A stretch of 64,000 bases of DNA, from positions 3,379-67,378 of the forward strand of contig JAFPME010000033.1 in assembly GCA_017402445.1 (NCBI GenBank), written 5' to 3'. Shown here in pieces: positions 37,498-47,240 of this stretch (positions are counted from its first letter, which is position 1; the number at the start of each line of letters is the position of its first letter). The stretch comes from Prevotella sp. Lineage in GTDB: Bacteria > Bacteroidota > Bacteroidia > Bacteroidales > Bacteroidaceae. A program made the position numbers and the translations under genes. Under the pieces are notes generated by a model. That model was given only the letters and a program-made list of their open reading frames with translations, ran no database searches and was not told where the DNA came from.

Positions 37498-39123
37498 TTA
37501 CTTAGAAGGAATGTAGATGACACGTACATTGTCGAATTTCACGTCAATCTTACCGCGTGAAGTGCTCTGGTTGATGGACTGGATGCGGAACTGGTTCAGG
37601 CCAGTTGCTACGACGTCGGCCAAGCTCTTGCCGGCATAACAAGCAAATCGGCTGAGCGGAAGCACATGGCGATACCACTTTCCTGTGGGAGCCTGTCCGT
37701 TGATGTCGCTCAGTACGGGTCCGCCTGGGAACGAACCAGTCTGTGTATCATAATCAGCCCAAGCAAAATTGTCGTATGTATTCTCCGCGTCACCCAACGG
37801 TTGGATCATATAACGGAGATAACCCCAGAACGATCCGTTGTTATAAGCAGAGTTGTCATTGTAGACATTGACCGCCAGATACAATTCGTTGGCTGTAGCC
37901 GTGGACGGAATATTGGGTGAGAAGGCGAAGGAATTGCCATTCCAGTCCTTACGGAAGTAGATCATGGTTCCCCACCACTGCTGAGCTTCCTCCGGAACAT
38001 TGATGTATGCGTACTTGCCATCGGCAGTTCCGCTGTCCACAAAGGTTGCATTCGGTCCCCAACCGTTATCGGCAGCGTCGCCGTCGAAGGTGGTCAGGAT
38101 GGTTGAATGGTCGTAGAAGCGCTCCGAGCTGGCCGTTCCACCAGGCGTTGTGATGGTCAGTGTCGTTCCGCTGCCAGCAGACGGTTTCTTGGCAAAGTCC
38201 ACATAGATGGTATCTTCGGACTCTGACACCTTGAATTCGCTTGGTTCCAAAGTCACGTCACCATACTTCACGCTCTCCACCTGAACGAAATCACGCCCTG
38301 TCAGGACAAGCGTCTCCCCGATTTGGGGCATATCTGTGGAAACAGAGAAGAGCGCCGGCTTGCCCGGAACCTTATTATAAGGAATATAAGTGGTTCCTGC
38401 TGCGCACTCGAGAACGAGCGTTCCCGTCTCGTAGGGAACGTCGGGCATCTTGAACATGAGCTGTGATGTCGTCTCGTAAGCATTGGTCATCGAATTCAGA
38501 TGGTGATCCTTCAGCACGGTTTCCACCTTGGCAATATCGACATGGTTGCCGCCTATCTCCTTCCAAACAGTCGTATCGAGATGCTCAGCAGTGATATCGG
38601 TGAAATAAGCCTTCTCTATATCCACCAGATTGAGGCCGAACACGTTGATTTCATCGCCTGTGTTACGAGGATACATGGCCTGAATGCGCGAGATGGAAGG
38701 ATAAGGTGCCGTGATCTTGAACGCATAGGTCGCTGTTCCATGCGAAGTCTCCACGCGGATTTCGTCCTTCAGGTTGCTGTTGAAGGCTGTCAGTTCAAAG
38801 CCTTTATCCTCTGTGGGAACGTTCACGATGATACTGTGCGCCGTATTCATGGTAGGATTGAAGTAAGCCTCTTGGTCATTGATGTACACTTTCATCGCAT
38901 GGTCGAGGTTGTTACCGATAACTGCAATGACCTGACCGGGTCCAGCTTTGGTGAAAAGACTGTCGGCCAGTTCAGGGTCGCAGGAGCGTACCCCTGTGAT
39001 TTCGGGCACGCCTCCACCTTCTTCGCTGTCCTTACAACTGGTCAGCGAGGGAAGCACGAAGAGGGCTGCAAAGAGAATGGCAAGGCTTGTTCTCATGCTG
39101 TGCTTGAATATTCTGTTGTTCAT
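37498..39123 (-). CDS. Surface glycan-binding lipoprotein (SGBP-B-like, tandem Ig/IPT domains)
   Basis: Lipobox LTSC, repeated P.I...G..I.V.G.NL Ig motifs, Trp-rich C-domain ending FDNVRVI; directly after SusD. Confidence 0.8.
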   Translation of the reverse strand: MNNRIFKHSMRTSLAILFAALFVLPSLTSCKDSEEGGGVPEITGVRSCDPELADSLFTKAGPGQVIAVIGNNLDHAMKVYINDQEAYFNPTMNTAHSIIVNVPTEDKGFELTAFNSNLKDEIRVETSHGTATYAFKITAPYPSISRIQAMYPRNTGDEINVFGLNLVDIEKAYFTDITAEHLDTTVWKEIGGNHVDIAKVETVLKDHHLNSMTNAYETTSQLMFKMPDVPYETGTLVLECAAGTTYIPYNKVPGKPALFSVSTDMPQIGETLVLTGRDFVQVESVKYGDVTLEPSEFKVSESEDTIYVDFAKKPSAGSGTTLTITTPGGTASSERFYDHSTILTTFDGDAADNGWGPNATFVDSGTADGKYAYINVPEEAQQWWGTMIYFRKDWNGNSFAFSPNIPSTATANELYLAVNVYNDNSAYNNGSFWGYLRYMIQPLGDAENTYDNFAWADYDTQTGSFPGGPVLSDINGQAPTGKWYRHVLPLSRFACYAGKSLADVVATGLNQFRIQSINQSTSRGKIDVKFDNVRVIYIPSK

Positions 39124-39160
39124 AATAATCTGTTCTTTAAATAATTAAACATGTCCACGA

Positions 39161-40939
39161 TTATTCTTCGTCGAACTTATACTCCTCTGCTGCTTCATTG
39201 AAGTAGCGGTTCTGGATGACATCGGCCTCCGGGTAAGGCATGAAGATGTTCGCCTCGTTCAGAACGATAGGCTGGAAGTCAGCACCCTTCGAGCGAGCCA
39301 AGGAATCAAGATTGAAAGTGTAGCCTTGAGCCTTTGTCATCACCGTCGTCTTGTCGTCGATCGAAACGGTAGAACGGTCGTTCCAGAGGCAGTGTCCCTG
39401 ATCGTCTGTGAAGTACCAGTTGTTGGAACCAGGGAAGATGCAGCGATAAGAGAGAGTCTTATCCTTGTTCAATACTACGTCGCCCGAGTTGAGCATGAAA
39501 GCACGATGCTGCTTGTTGTTGAAGAAGCCGAGCATGTAGTCAGGCTTCCAACGATACCATGACACCATGTCGTACCAATTACAGTACTCCAGACAGAACT
39601 CAATGCGACGCTCACGAATCAGGTCCTCGAAGGTGAACGAGTCCTTAGGAGGCAGCTTCGCACGCAGACGTGTGGCGTTGAAAGCAGCCAGAGCCCGTCC
39701 GTCGGAAGTCGATTCGTTGTTGCCGAGGAGAGCCTCAGCCTTGGTGAGGTACACATCTGCCAGTCGGAGGATGTAGGTATTCAGCGGTGAAGCCTGCTGA
39801 GCCAGATGACCGTCGCAGTCAGCCTTTGTTCCGACGACGCCCTTCTTGGCCTGTGCCCAGTTCACGTTGTAGGTGTAACCGCCCTTTTCGCTCCAGATGT
39901 AGCTGTAGTAGCGCCCCGGAGTGAAGAAGTTTCCACGCAGGCGGAAGGAGTCGGCCGGTTCCTCATTGTAATAATCGAGCATGTCGACAGAAGCATGGAG
40001 CGATCCACCCCAGCAGTTCACATCGGTCACGTCGCTCCATGCGAGATCGGAAATCAGGTTGTTGTTCGACGCATACTCTCCCAGCAGTGGGTCAGCCCAG
40101 CGCATGGCTAGCAGTGTTTCTTCGTTATCGTTGAACTGTGGACGGAAAAGATCCTCGTAGTTGTCGAGCAAATGGTACTGTCCGCAGTTGATGACCTCGT
40201 CGCACAGGGTGACAACACGGTCGAGTGTGGCCTGATCACGCTGGTGATCACGCGGATTGCTGGTTTGCCATCCGCTCTGCGCCAGCAGCACCTTGGCCAG
40301 CAAAGCCTTTGCAACGTATCGCGAAGGATGGTTGTTGCTGCCCTTCTCAGGCAACAGTTCTGATGCACGTTCCAAATCGCGCACGATGAACTTCAGCACA
40401 CTTCCTTCGGTCGAAAGCTTCCTGACAGGCATCTTCGTCACGTCGAAGTTGTCTTCGTAAAGGATGATTTCACCCCAGCCGCGCAACAGATAGAAGTAAG
40501 CAGCGCTTCGCATCAGCAGGGCCTCACCCTTGGCTTGGTTCTTTACAGCCTCGGTCACTTCCTCACCCGCATAGGTGTCAAGATCGTTGATGAGCTGGTT
40601 CGACATGGAAACAACCATGTAGAGCGACGACCACGCATTGACAACCTCAGTGCTCAGGCCGGTGATTGTGAATCGGGCAAACTCGCCTTGCAGGTACGGG
40701 CTCCATGCATCATTGGCACGGAACGAGCCCATGCCGACGATGGCACGCTCGTTGTAACCGTGCCATGCGTAGTTGTAGAGCGGCTCAGTGGCCTTGATGA
40801 CAGCCTCGTCGCTGGTATAATAGGTCGGTGCCGTATAGCCGTGCAACGGCGAACGGTCGAGGAAATCCTCACCGCAACTGCTCATTGTCAGTAATACAGA
40901 AGCAACGGCCGAGACCATTAGTATCTTATTTGTTTTCAT
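39161..40939 (-). CDS. SusD/RagB family lipoprotein
   Basis: Lipobox SSC-EDFLDR, GEALLMRSAAYF, ILRLADVYL.KAEA, ERRIEFCLE. Confidence 0.93.
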   Translation of the reverse strand: MKTNKILMVSAVASVLLTMSSCGEDFLDRSPLHGYTAPTYYTSDEAVIKATEPLYNYAWHGYNERAIVGMGSFRANDAWSPYLQGEFARFTITGLSTEVVNAWSSLYMVVSMSNQLINDLDTYAGEEVTEAVKNQAKGEALLMRSAAYFYLLRGWGEIILYEDNFDVTKMPVRKLSTEGSVLKFIVRDLERASELLPEKGSNNHPSRYVAKALLAKVLLAQSGWQTSNPRDHQRDQATLDRVVTLCDEVINCGQYHLLDNYEDLFRPQFNDNEETLLAMRWADPLLGEYASNNNLISDLAWSDVTDVNCWGGSLHASVDMLDYYNEEPADSFRLRGNFFTPGRYYSYIWSEKGGYTYNVNWAQAKKGVVGTKADCDGHLAQQASPLNTYILRLADVYLTKAEALLGNNESTSDGRALAAFNATRLRAKLPPKDSFTFEDLIRERRIEFCLEYCNWYDMVSWYRWKPDYMLGFFNNKQHRAFMLNSGDVVLNKDKTLSYRCIFPGSNNWYFTDDQGHCLWNDRSTVSIDDKTTVMTKAQGYTFNLDSLARSKGADFQPIVLNEANIFMPYPEADVIQNRYFNEAAEEYKFDEE

Positions 40940-40972
40940 TTTACTCCTTATATTATGAATTACACAGATGAT

Positions 40973-43900
40973 TTAGAAACTAACCTTGAGACCGAAATTG
41001 AAGATTCTTGAAGAAGGATAACGATAGTAGTCGATACCTTGCAGAATCACGCTCTGTCCGTTGGCACCGATTTCAGGATCGTAGCCGTCGTAACCGGTAA
41101 TAGTGAACACATTCTGAACGTTGGCATAGACCTGCACCCAGTCAATCTTCAGAGGATTGATCCACTTCTTCGGCAGATTCCAAGCCAGCGACAGGGTCTT
41201 CAGACGAAGGAACGAACCGTCTTCGATGAAGCGCGAGCTGACGCGGTTGTTGTCGTTCTGGCTCTCTCCGCTGACGCTGATACGCTGAGTCTGCGCCGTC
41301 TGCGGGTTCACCACGTATACGTTCGAGATGTCGTTGAGCGATCCTTCGGGGTCGAACATAGCCACCTGTGCGTAATCGTTGACGAGCTTCAGCTTGTTAC
41401 CCCAAGCCGTCGGGTCCGAATGGTTCTGCTTGACGGCGTTGAAGATGTCATTGCCGACAGAGCCATTGAAGAAGAACGAAAGCTCGAAGTCCTTCCATGT
41501 AATCACGTTGTTGATACCGAACGTGAAGTCCGGATTCGGGTCGCCTATGTACTTGCGGTCGGCAGTGGTGATTTTTCCGTCACCGTTCACGTCTTCGTAA
41601 ATGTAGTCACCCACCCAAATGCCGCGCGGCGCGATGGGATACATGTCTGAGTCGAGCGACTCTGCCGGACGAGCCACGGGAATGCGGTTGCCGTTCTGGT
41701 CGAGAAGGAACTCGCCAAGCTGGTTCTTCTGATAGAAATCGCTTTCCTTCGTGAACATTCCGATGACGTTGTAGCCGTAGAAACGTCCCACGGGACCGCC
41801 GATTTCAGACAGAGTGTAAGTCTGTGAATTCAGGTTTCCGGGAATGGAACCTTCGTCGCTGTTCAGCTTTGTCAGCTTGTTGCGGTTGATGGAGAGCGTC
41901 AGTCCCGTGCGCCACTGGAAGTCCTTCTTCTGGATGTTCACCGTGTTCAGCGTGAACTCCACACCTTTGTTCTCAATAGCACCAGTGTTCACCTTCGGAG
42001 CAGAGATACCCATCCATCCGGTATTGTTCAGGATATAGAACGGAAGCACGGCGTCCATCAGCAGATTGTCGGTCTTTTTCAGATAAGCATCCACGATGAA
42101 CTCGATGCGGTTGTTCAGCAGCGAGAGGTCCAGACCGATGTTCCACGCCTTCGTGCTCTCCCACTTCAGTTCCGGGTTCGGGTAGTTTCCCGAGAAGTAG
42201 CCCGTACCCCATGCGGTGACGGCATTCTTCATAGCCACGCCGTAGGCAAAGCTGCCCACGCCCTGGTTACCTACGAGACCCCATCCGAGACGCAACTTGG
42301 CGTTGTTCAGCCAGTTGCTGCTCTTCTGCATGAACTGTTCGTTGCTCAGTCGCCATGCAAGTGCCACCGAGGGGAAGTAACCCCAGCGGTTGTCCGGTCC
42401 GAAGCTTGACGAGCCGTCGGCACGGAGCGTTGCCGTAACGAGGTAACGGTCCAGCATGTTGTAGTTCAGACGGCCGTAGTATGACTCGATGGCCCAGTCG
42501 GCACCTTGCTCACCGTTGGTCGATGTGGAAGCGTCACCCACGGCGATACTCTTGATAGCGTCGGTGATGTAGCCCTTGCGGCCCATGGAACCGTTGTACC
42601 ACTCACCTTCCTGCGACTCATGTCCGCCCATCACCTGCAGGTGATAGCCCTTGGCGATGTCGAAATCGTAGGTCAGATACTGCTTGAACGACTCGTATTT
42701 GTTGCGCGAGTTCCCGCGAGTGAGCTGCGACTCAATCTTCTGCTGTGCCGTGGAATAGTTCGGCTGGAAGAAGAGACTCTGGCCCCAAGAGCGGCTTCCG
42801 CCGTACTCCAGACGGATGGACAAGCCCTTCAGCGGCGTAATGTTGGCGTAAGTATTGTAGTCGAACTGCTGTCCTTTGCGGGTATTGTCGCGCACCTCAG
42901 CCTCGAACAGCGGGTTGGAGTTGTAGTTGTGCTCCAGGTTCGTACCGAAGTCCCACGAGCCGTCGGGCGTACGTGCCGCCATGTCAGGATACTGTACGAG
43001 TGCAGTCTGAATGACATTGTTCTCGTCGAACGTGATGACTTGCCTGGTTCCTGCATAGTAAACGTTGACACCCACCTGCAACCACGGCATGATGTTCGTG
43101 TCGAAATTGGCACGGAGCGACGTACGTTTGAACGAAGAACCGACACCCACACCGTCCTGGTCGAGGTAACCGCCAGAGATGGAATAGTGCATGTCCTTCG
43201 TACCGCCGCTCACGTTCAGCTGATGGTTGTGCATGAAAGCAGTGTTGAAGAGCTCGTCCTGCCAGTCGGTACCATCGGTGAGCAGCGACTGGTCGAGCAG
43301 TTCCTCGCGCTTGCCGTATCCGTAAATCTCGGCACGCACGTTGTAGAACTTAGCAAACTCCTTCAGGTTCATCACGTCCAGCATCTTCGGCAGGCTCTGC
43401 CAACCCATGTAGCCCTCGTAGGAGAGCTTGGACTTGCCTTCCTGTCCGCGCTTGGTCGTGATGAGAACCACACCGTTGGAGGCGCGCGAACCGTAGATGG
43501 CCGTGGCCGACGCGTCCTTCAGCACCTCGATGGAGGTGATGTCGGAGGGGTTCAGCGTGCTCATGACGCTGGTGTTGTCGCCAGTCTGTCCGCTCATGGC
43601 GATGCCGTCGACCACATAGAGCGGCTCGTTGCCGTTGAGCGAGTTGATACCACGAATCTGGACGGAGATACCTCCACCCGGAGCACCTGAGTTCTGCATC
43701 ACCTGCACACCGGCGATACGGCCCTGCATGGCCTGCTCGATGGAGGTGTTAACACCTTGTTTGATGGCTTTCTCGTCGATGCTCGACACCGAACCGGTCA
43801 GGTCGGAGCGCTTCATGACGCCGTAACCCACCACCACGACTTCGTCCATCACCTGCGAGTCCTCGGAAAGCTGAACGTTGATGACGCCGGCCTTCGTCAC

Positions 43901-44182
43901 TTTCACCACCTGGGTCTTGTAACCTACGAACGAGAACTCCAGATTCTTGCCCACACGGGCCGTCACCTGATAGTTTCCCGAAACGTCGGAGATAGCACCC
44001 GAGGTGGAGCCTTCAACCTTCACCGTAGCACCGATAATCTCGTCGCCGGTCGTGGCATCGGTAATCGTACCCGACACCTTCACTTCCTGTGCCAGCACAG
44101 AAAGCGGAAGCAAGAACAACAGCACTGCGGCAAGACGTCGCAGACTACTGTCCAAGCATGTCTTTAGAAACGATTTTCTCAT
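40973..44182 (-). CDS. SusC/RagA TonB-dependent transporter
   Basis: DEVVVVGYG, VLKDASATAIYGSRASNGVVLITTK, NPELKWE, C-terminal GLKVSF. Start could alternatively be the GTG at 44191. Confidence 0.96.
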   Translation of the reverse strand: MRKSFLKTCLDSSLRRLAAVLLFLLPLSVLAQEVKVSGTITDATTGDEIIGATVKVEGSTSGAISDVSGNYQVTARVGKNLEFSFVGYKTQVVKVTKAGVINVQLSEDSQVMDEVVVVGYGVMKRSDLTGSVSSIDEKAIKQGVNTSIEQAMQGRIAGVQVMQNSGAPGGGISVQIRGINSLNGNEPLYVVDGIAMSGQTGDNTSVMSTLNPSDITSIEVLKDASATAIYGSRASNGVVLITTKRGQEGKSKLSYEGYMGWQSLPKMLDVMNLKEFAKFYNVRAEIYGYGKREELLDQSLLTDGTDWQDELFNTAFMHNHQLNVSGGTKDMHYSISGGYLDQDGVGVGSSFKRTSLRANFDTNIMPWLQVGVNVYYAGTRQVITFDENNVIQTALVQYPDMAARTPDGSWDFGTNLEHNYNSNPLFEAEVRDNTRKGQQFDYNTYANITPLKGLSIRLEYGGSRSWGQSLFFQPNYSTAQQKIESQLTRGNSRNKYESFKQYLTYDFDIAKGYHLQVMGGHESQEGEWYNGSMGRKGYITDAIKSIAVGDASTSTNGEQGADWAIESYYGRLNYNMLDRYLVTATLRADGSSSFGPDNRWGYFPSVALAWRLSNEQFMQKSSNWLNNAKLRLGWGLVGNQGVGSFAYGVAMKNAVTAWGTGYFSGNYPNPELKWESTKAWNIGLDLSLLNNRIEFIVDAYLKKTDNLLMDAVLPFYILNNTGWMGISAPKVNTGAIENKGVEFTLNTVNIQKKDFQWRTGLTLSINRNKLTKLNSDEGSIPGNLNSQTYTLSEIGGPVGRFYGYNVIGMFTKESDFYQKNQLGEFLLDQNGNRIPVARPAESLDSDMYPIAPRGIWVGDYIYEDVNGDGKITTADRKYIGDPNPDFTFGINNVITWKDFELSFFFNGSVGNDIFNAVKQNHSDPTAWGNKLKLVNDYAQVAMFDPEGSLNDISNVYVVNPQTAQTQRISVSGESQNDNNRVSSRFIEDGSFLRLKTLSLAWNLPKKWINPLKIDWVQVYANVQNVFTITGYDGYDPEIGANGQSVILQGIDYYRYPSSRIFNFGLKVSF

Positions 44183-44313
44183 AAAATACACATTATTAAA
44201 TAATTATTAGTTTGTTATATTTGCAGTCAGTGTCCCGCGTCTCCATTTATTCCACGACGCAGGATGTTATCATAGGTGATCAAACAGGGGAGAGCCCGCA
44301 ACGCTACCAGCTG

Positions 44314-45330
44314 TCACAGCTGCTTGTCAGAGCTCTCACGAATTTTCAGGATCATCGGAATAACCACGCGCCGAATCGCCCTGTCGCCGCGTATGTGGTT
44401 CAGCAACAGCTCGCAGGCTTTCTGCCCTTGCTGGTGCGCCTTGTCCATGATGACCGTCAGTTTGGGCGTAACGAAAGCCGACGTGTCGCCATCGGTGAAT
44501 CCGATGATGGACACGTCTTGCGGTATGCTCAGCCCGAGCGACTTGATGGCATCGAAGGCGGCATAGGTAATGATGTCGTTGAAGGCCAGGATGGCATCGG
44601 GACGGTCTTCCCGCTGAAGAAGTTTGAAGGTTTCCTCACGCGCCGTCTCGTAGTCTATGCGGCCGCAGACAACGAGCGTGCGGTCGATGGGAAGGCGGTT
44701 TTCGCGCAGTGCTTCCAGGTAACCGTGCTTGCGTCGGCGCACCATGTCGAGATGGTTGGGACCGCCGATGAAGGCAATGCGGCGCGAGCCTGTGTCGATG
44801 AGGTGCTGCGTGGCGGCCTGGGCGGCTTCGTCGCCGTTGGCTGTGACACTTGAGAACAGCTCGGGCAGGCACGTGCGGGCGAAGAATACGAGCGGGATGC
44901 CTATGCGCTCAATGTCCAAGAAGGGCTGATAGTTTTCCGTTGTCTGTGTCAGGCAGGCTATGATTCCCTCGACATGCAGGCTGACAAAGTTGTCAAGAGC
45001 CTTCGCCTCGCGCTCAAAATCTTCGTGCGAGTTGGCACTGATGACCGAATAGCCCTGCGCCGTGGCATACTCCTCGATGCCGTCGAGCACGGCAGCATAG
45101 TAGTGAGTGACCAGATTGGGCACCACAACGCCTATGATGCGCGGTGCTTCCTTGCGTAGGCTCTGCGCGAAAGGATTGGGGCGGTAGTTCAGTTCCTTGG
45201 CTAACTTCTGCACACGCTCCTTCATTTCGTCACCGACCTCGTGCGAATTACGGAGTGCACGCGACACAGTGGCGATGCTCACGCCCAGTCGTTCGGCAAG
45301 ATCTTTCAGCGATGTCCTACGAGGTTTCAT
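44314..45330 (-). CDS. LacI-family transcriptional regulator
   Basis: SLKDLAERLGVSIATVSRAL, LNYRPN..A.SL, sugar-binding domain, IPQDVSIIGF. Confidence 0.95.
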   Translation of the reverse strand: MKPRRTSLKDLAERLGVSIATVSRALRNSHEVGDEMKERVQKLAKELNYRPNPFAQSLRKEAPRIIGVVVPNLVTHYYAAVLDGIEEYATAQGYSVISANSHEDFEREAKALDNFVSLHVEGIIACLTQTTENYQPFLDIERIGIPLVFFARTCLPELFSSVTANGDEAAQAATQHLIDTGSRRIAFIGGPNHLDMVRRRKHGYLEALRENRLPIDRTLVVCGRIDYETAREETFKLLQREDRPDAILAFNDIITYAAFDAIKSLGLSIPQDVSIIGFTDGDTSAFVTPKLTVIMDKAHQQGQKACELLLNHIRGDRAIRRVVIPMILKIRESSDKQL

Positions 45331-45410
45331 AATTAATAGTCAATAGGATAATGTAAGCATCATGTTTGCCTGCCCCGACCTTACGAAAAAGAGCGAGGCT
45401 ATAAACGATG

Positions 45411-45448
45411 CAAAAGTAATAAAAATATCGCTAATTGCAAACGTTTAC
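45411..45448 (-). promoter_or_regulatory. lacI promoter with overlapping operator-like pseudo-palindrome
   Basis: Minus-strand TTTG (45438-45441) - 19 nt - TACTTTTG (45411-45418); GCAAACGTTTAC at 45437-45448 covers the -33 box. Confidence 0.7.
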
Positions 45449-45502
45449 GTTACTTTTTTTATATAAATACGCTTAGTTTGCATCATTTCGTCGTACCTTT
45501 GC

Positions 45503-45636
45503 ACTGTCAAAAGGAAACAACCTCGTTTGAAAGTCCTGAGACGATACGGAAACAGAAGAGTAATGAATAGTTGATAATAAGTTAGTTAGGAAGAACATTT
45601 GACCAAAGGCGTTGAGAAACACTTTTGGTCTTTTTT
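45503..45636 (+). ncRNA. Candidate small RNA divergent from lacI
   Basis: TACCTTTG at 45494-45501, no usable ORF, terminator GACCAAAGGCGTT-GAGA-AACACTTTTGGTC-TTTTTT at 45601-45636. Confidence 0.55.
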
Positions 45637-45684
45637 GTATTCTCTCCACAGACTGCCCTTAGAACGAATGAACGAGAGGCAAGA

Positions 45685-46058
45685 ATGTTGAGTAAAATTA
45701 CCAAAAAAAAGTGCACGGATTTTTTTTCGTTTTAGAAGCCAGATTCATTCTTTTGAGGTAAAAAAACCGAACAAAGACAGGAAAAAATTCAAGCAGTTTT
45801 TCAAAATGAGCCGTTTTACTTCGCAAAACGGGCCATTTCGGGCTCCAAAATGATTCATTCTGAAAAGCAAAACGGGCCATTTCAGCGTGCAAAATGAGCC
45901 ATTTTGAAAGCGCAAAAAATGTAAAGAAAACACAAGTCGTTTGTTCTCAACGTCTTATGGCACTCTCATATTTCGCGTGTACGCGCCCGTCGGATTTTTA
46001 TTTCAGAACGATGGCCTTCACAGACGGCTTTTTCGGGCTTTTTGTCCGCTTTTTTCAC
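45685..46058 (+). repeat. Dispersed ~375-bp composite repeat, copy C
   Basis: Boxes at 45802, 45824, 45846, 45868, 45890, followed by the conserved tail. Confidence 0.9.
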
Positions 46059-46093
46059 AACGGAAGAGTACCGTCAGGGGTGGGCCGGGCCGT

Positions 46094-47197
46094 TCAGTTC
46101 CAGCCCGTGATACGACGGAGGAAAGGCACCAGTTCGCGCGCCATCTGCTCGTGTTGCCTGAGCGACGGATGCTTGTGGATGCCGTAGCCGAGTGACCCGT
46201 CGGCCGGCGTGAAGTCGAAACGGAACACGTTGCGGTCGCCTCGCTTCCGCGCATCATTGAGAGCAGACTGCTGCGCCTGCTGAATGTCGGCCAGGCGGCG
46301 GCCGTTCACCATGGTTCCCGTCAGCAGGACGATGCGGGCCTTGGGATAGTGGCTGCGCAGGGTGTGCAGGAAACGCTTGTAGGCCTCGGCCAGCAGCTGC
46401 GTGCTGTAGGAAGGCAAAGTGGTGTCGTTCGTGCCGAGGTTGACACACACCACGTCGGGCTGATGCCGTCTGAAGTCCCACCGCTCGCCTTCCGTGGCGA
46501 AGAGCGTGAAGGGATAGTAGGCCTGCATGTTCTTTTCGTCGCCGTTCGGGTTGCCGTTGGTGTTGCGATAGATGCCGATTCCGCTGCGGGCCACCACCCA
46601 ACACTGTGCCTTCAGCTCGCGGCATGCAATGGCGGCGTACGTGTAGAACTGGTTTTGCTTGCTGTAGGTGTGCTTCTTTTCGGTGCCGTCGCCTTCGTTG
46701 CCGTAACCGCACGTGATGCTGTTGCCGACGAACTCTACACTGCGGACGGGCAGCTCGAGCCGTGCGCCCAGCGTCTTGCCACGGTCGAGGCACAGTCCGT
46801 AGAAGCGAGGCCGCAGCACCAGGCCCTCGTTGGCGTAGGTGATGGTCAGCCGGTGGGCCTTGTCGTTCAGCCCGTATGCCAGACGCACGATGCTGTCCTT
46901 GCGCGTCGACTCCACCTTGAAGGGCATCCGGTCGTCGATTTCAACCATGAAGAAACCGCTGCCCGGCTTTGTCTTCATGCTGACGGACGTGCCGTGGAAC
47001 ACGGCATGCACCTGCACACCGGGATAGGTGAAGGCTGCATAGCCACGATGGGCAAAGCTGACGCGCCCGACATAGGCCAGACGCGGGTCGCTGGCAGGAA
47101 CAAAAGACTGTGCCGACGCGCTGAGGCACATGCAGGACAGAAGGCAGACGAGCAGGCCTGCGAGTGCGCTGTTGAGTTTCAGAAGGTGTGGTTTCAT
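46094..47197 (-). CDS. SGNH esterase, CE2-like (N-terminal beta domain plus GDSL domain), exported
   Basis: Signal peptide, YVGR, EFVGNSITCGYG, ARSGIG, NLGTND, C-terminal KHPS. Confidence 0.82.
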   Translation of the reverse strand: MKPHLLKLNSALAGLLVCLLSCMCLSASAQSFVPASDPRLAYVGRVSFAHRGYAAFTYPGVQVHAVFHGTSVSMKTKPGSGFFMVEIDDRMPFKVESTRKDSIVRLAYGLNDKAHRLTITYANEGLVLRPRFYGLCLDRGKTLGARLELPVRSVEFVGNSITCGYGNEGDGTEKKHTYSKQNQFYTYAAIACRELKAQCWVVARSGIGIYRNTNGNPNGDEKNMQAYYPFTLFATEGERWDFRRHQPDVVCVNLGTNDTTLPSYSTQLLAEAYKRFLHTLRSHYPKARIVLLTGTMVNGRRLADIQQAQQSALNDARKRGDRNVFRFDFTPADGSLGYGIHKHPSLRQHEQMARELVPFLRRITGWN

Positions 47198-47240
47198 GCT
47201 CCGTTAGTTTGTGAGGAGACGGCGATTCGGGCTGACAGGG

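Noticed and set aside
43058-43069. Operator-like GTAAACGTTGAC inside susC (also GCAAACGTTGGC at 3062)
   Set aside because: Both lie inside coding sequence far from promoters and are compatible with chance.
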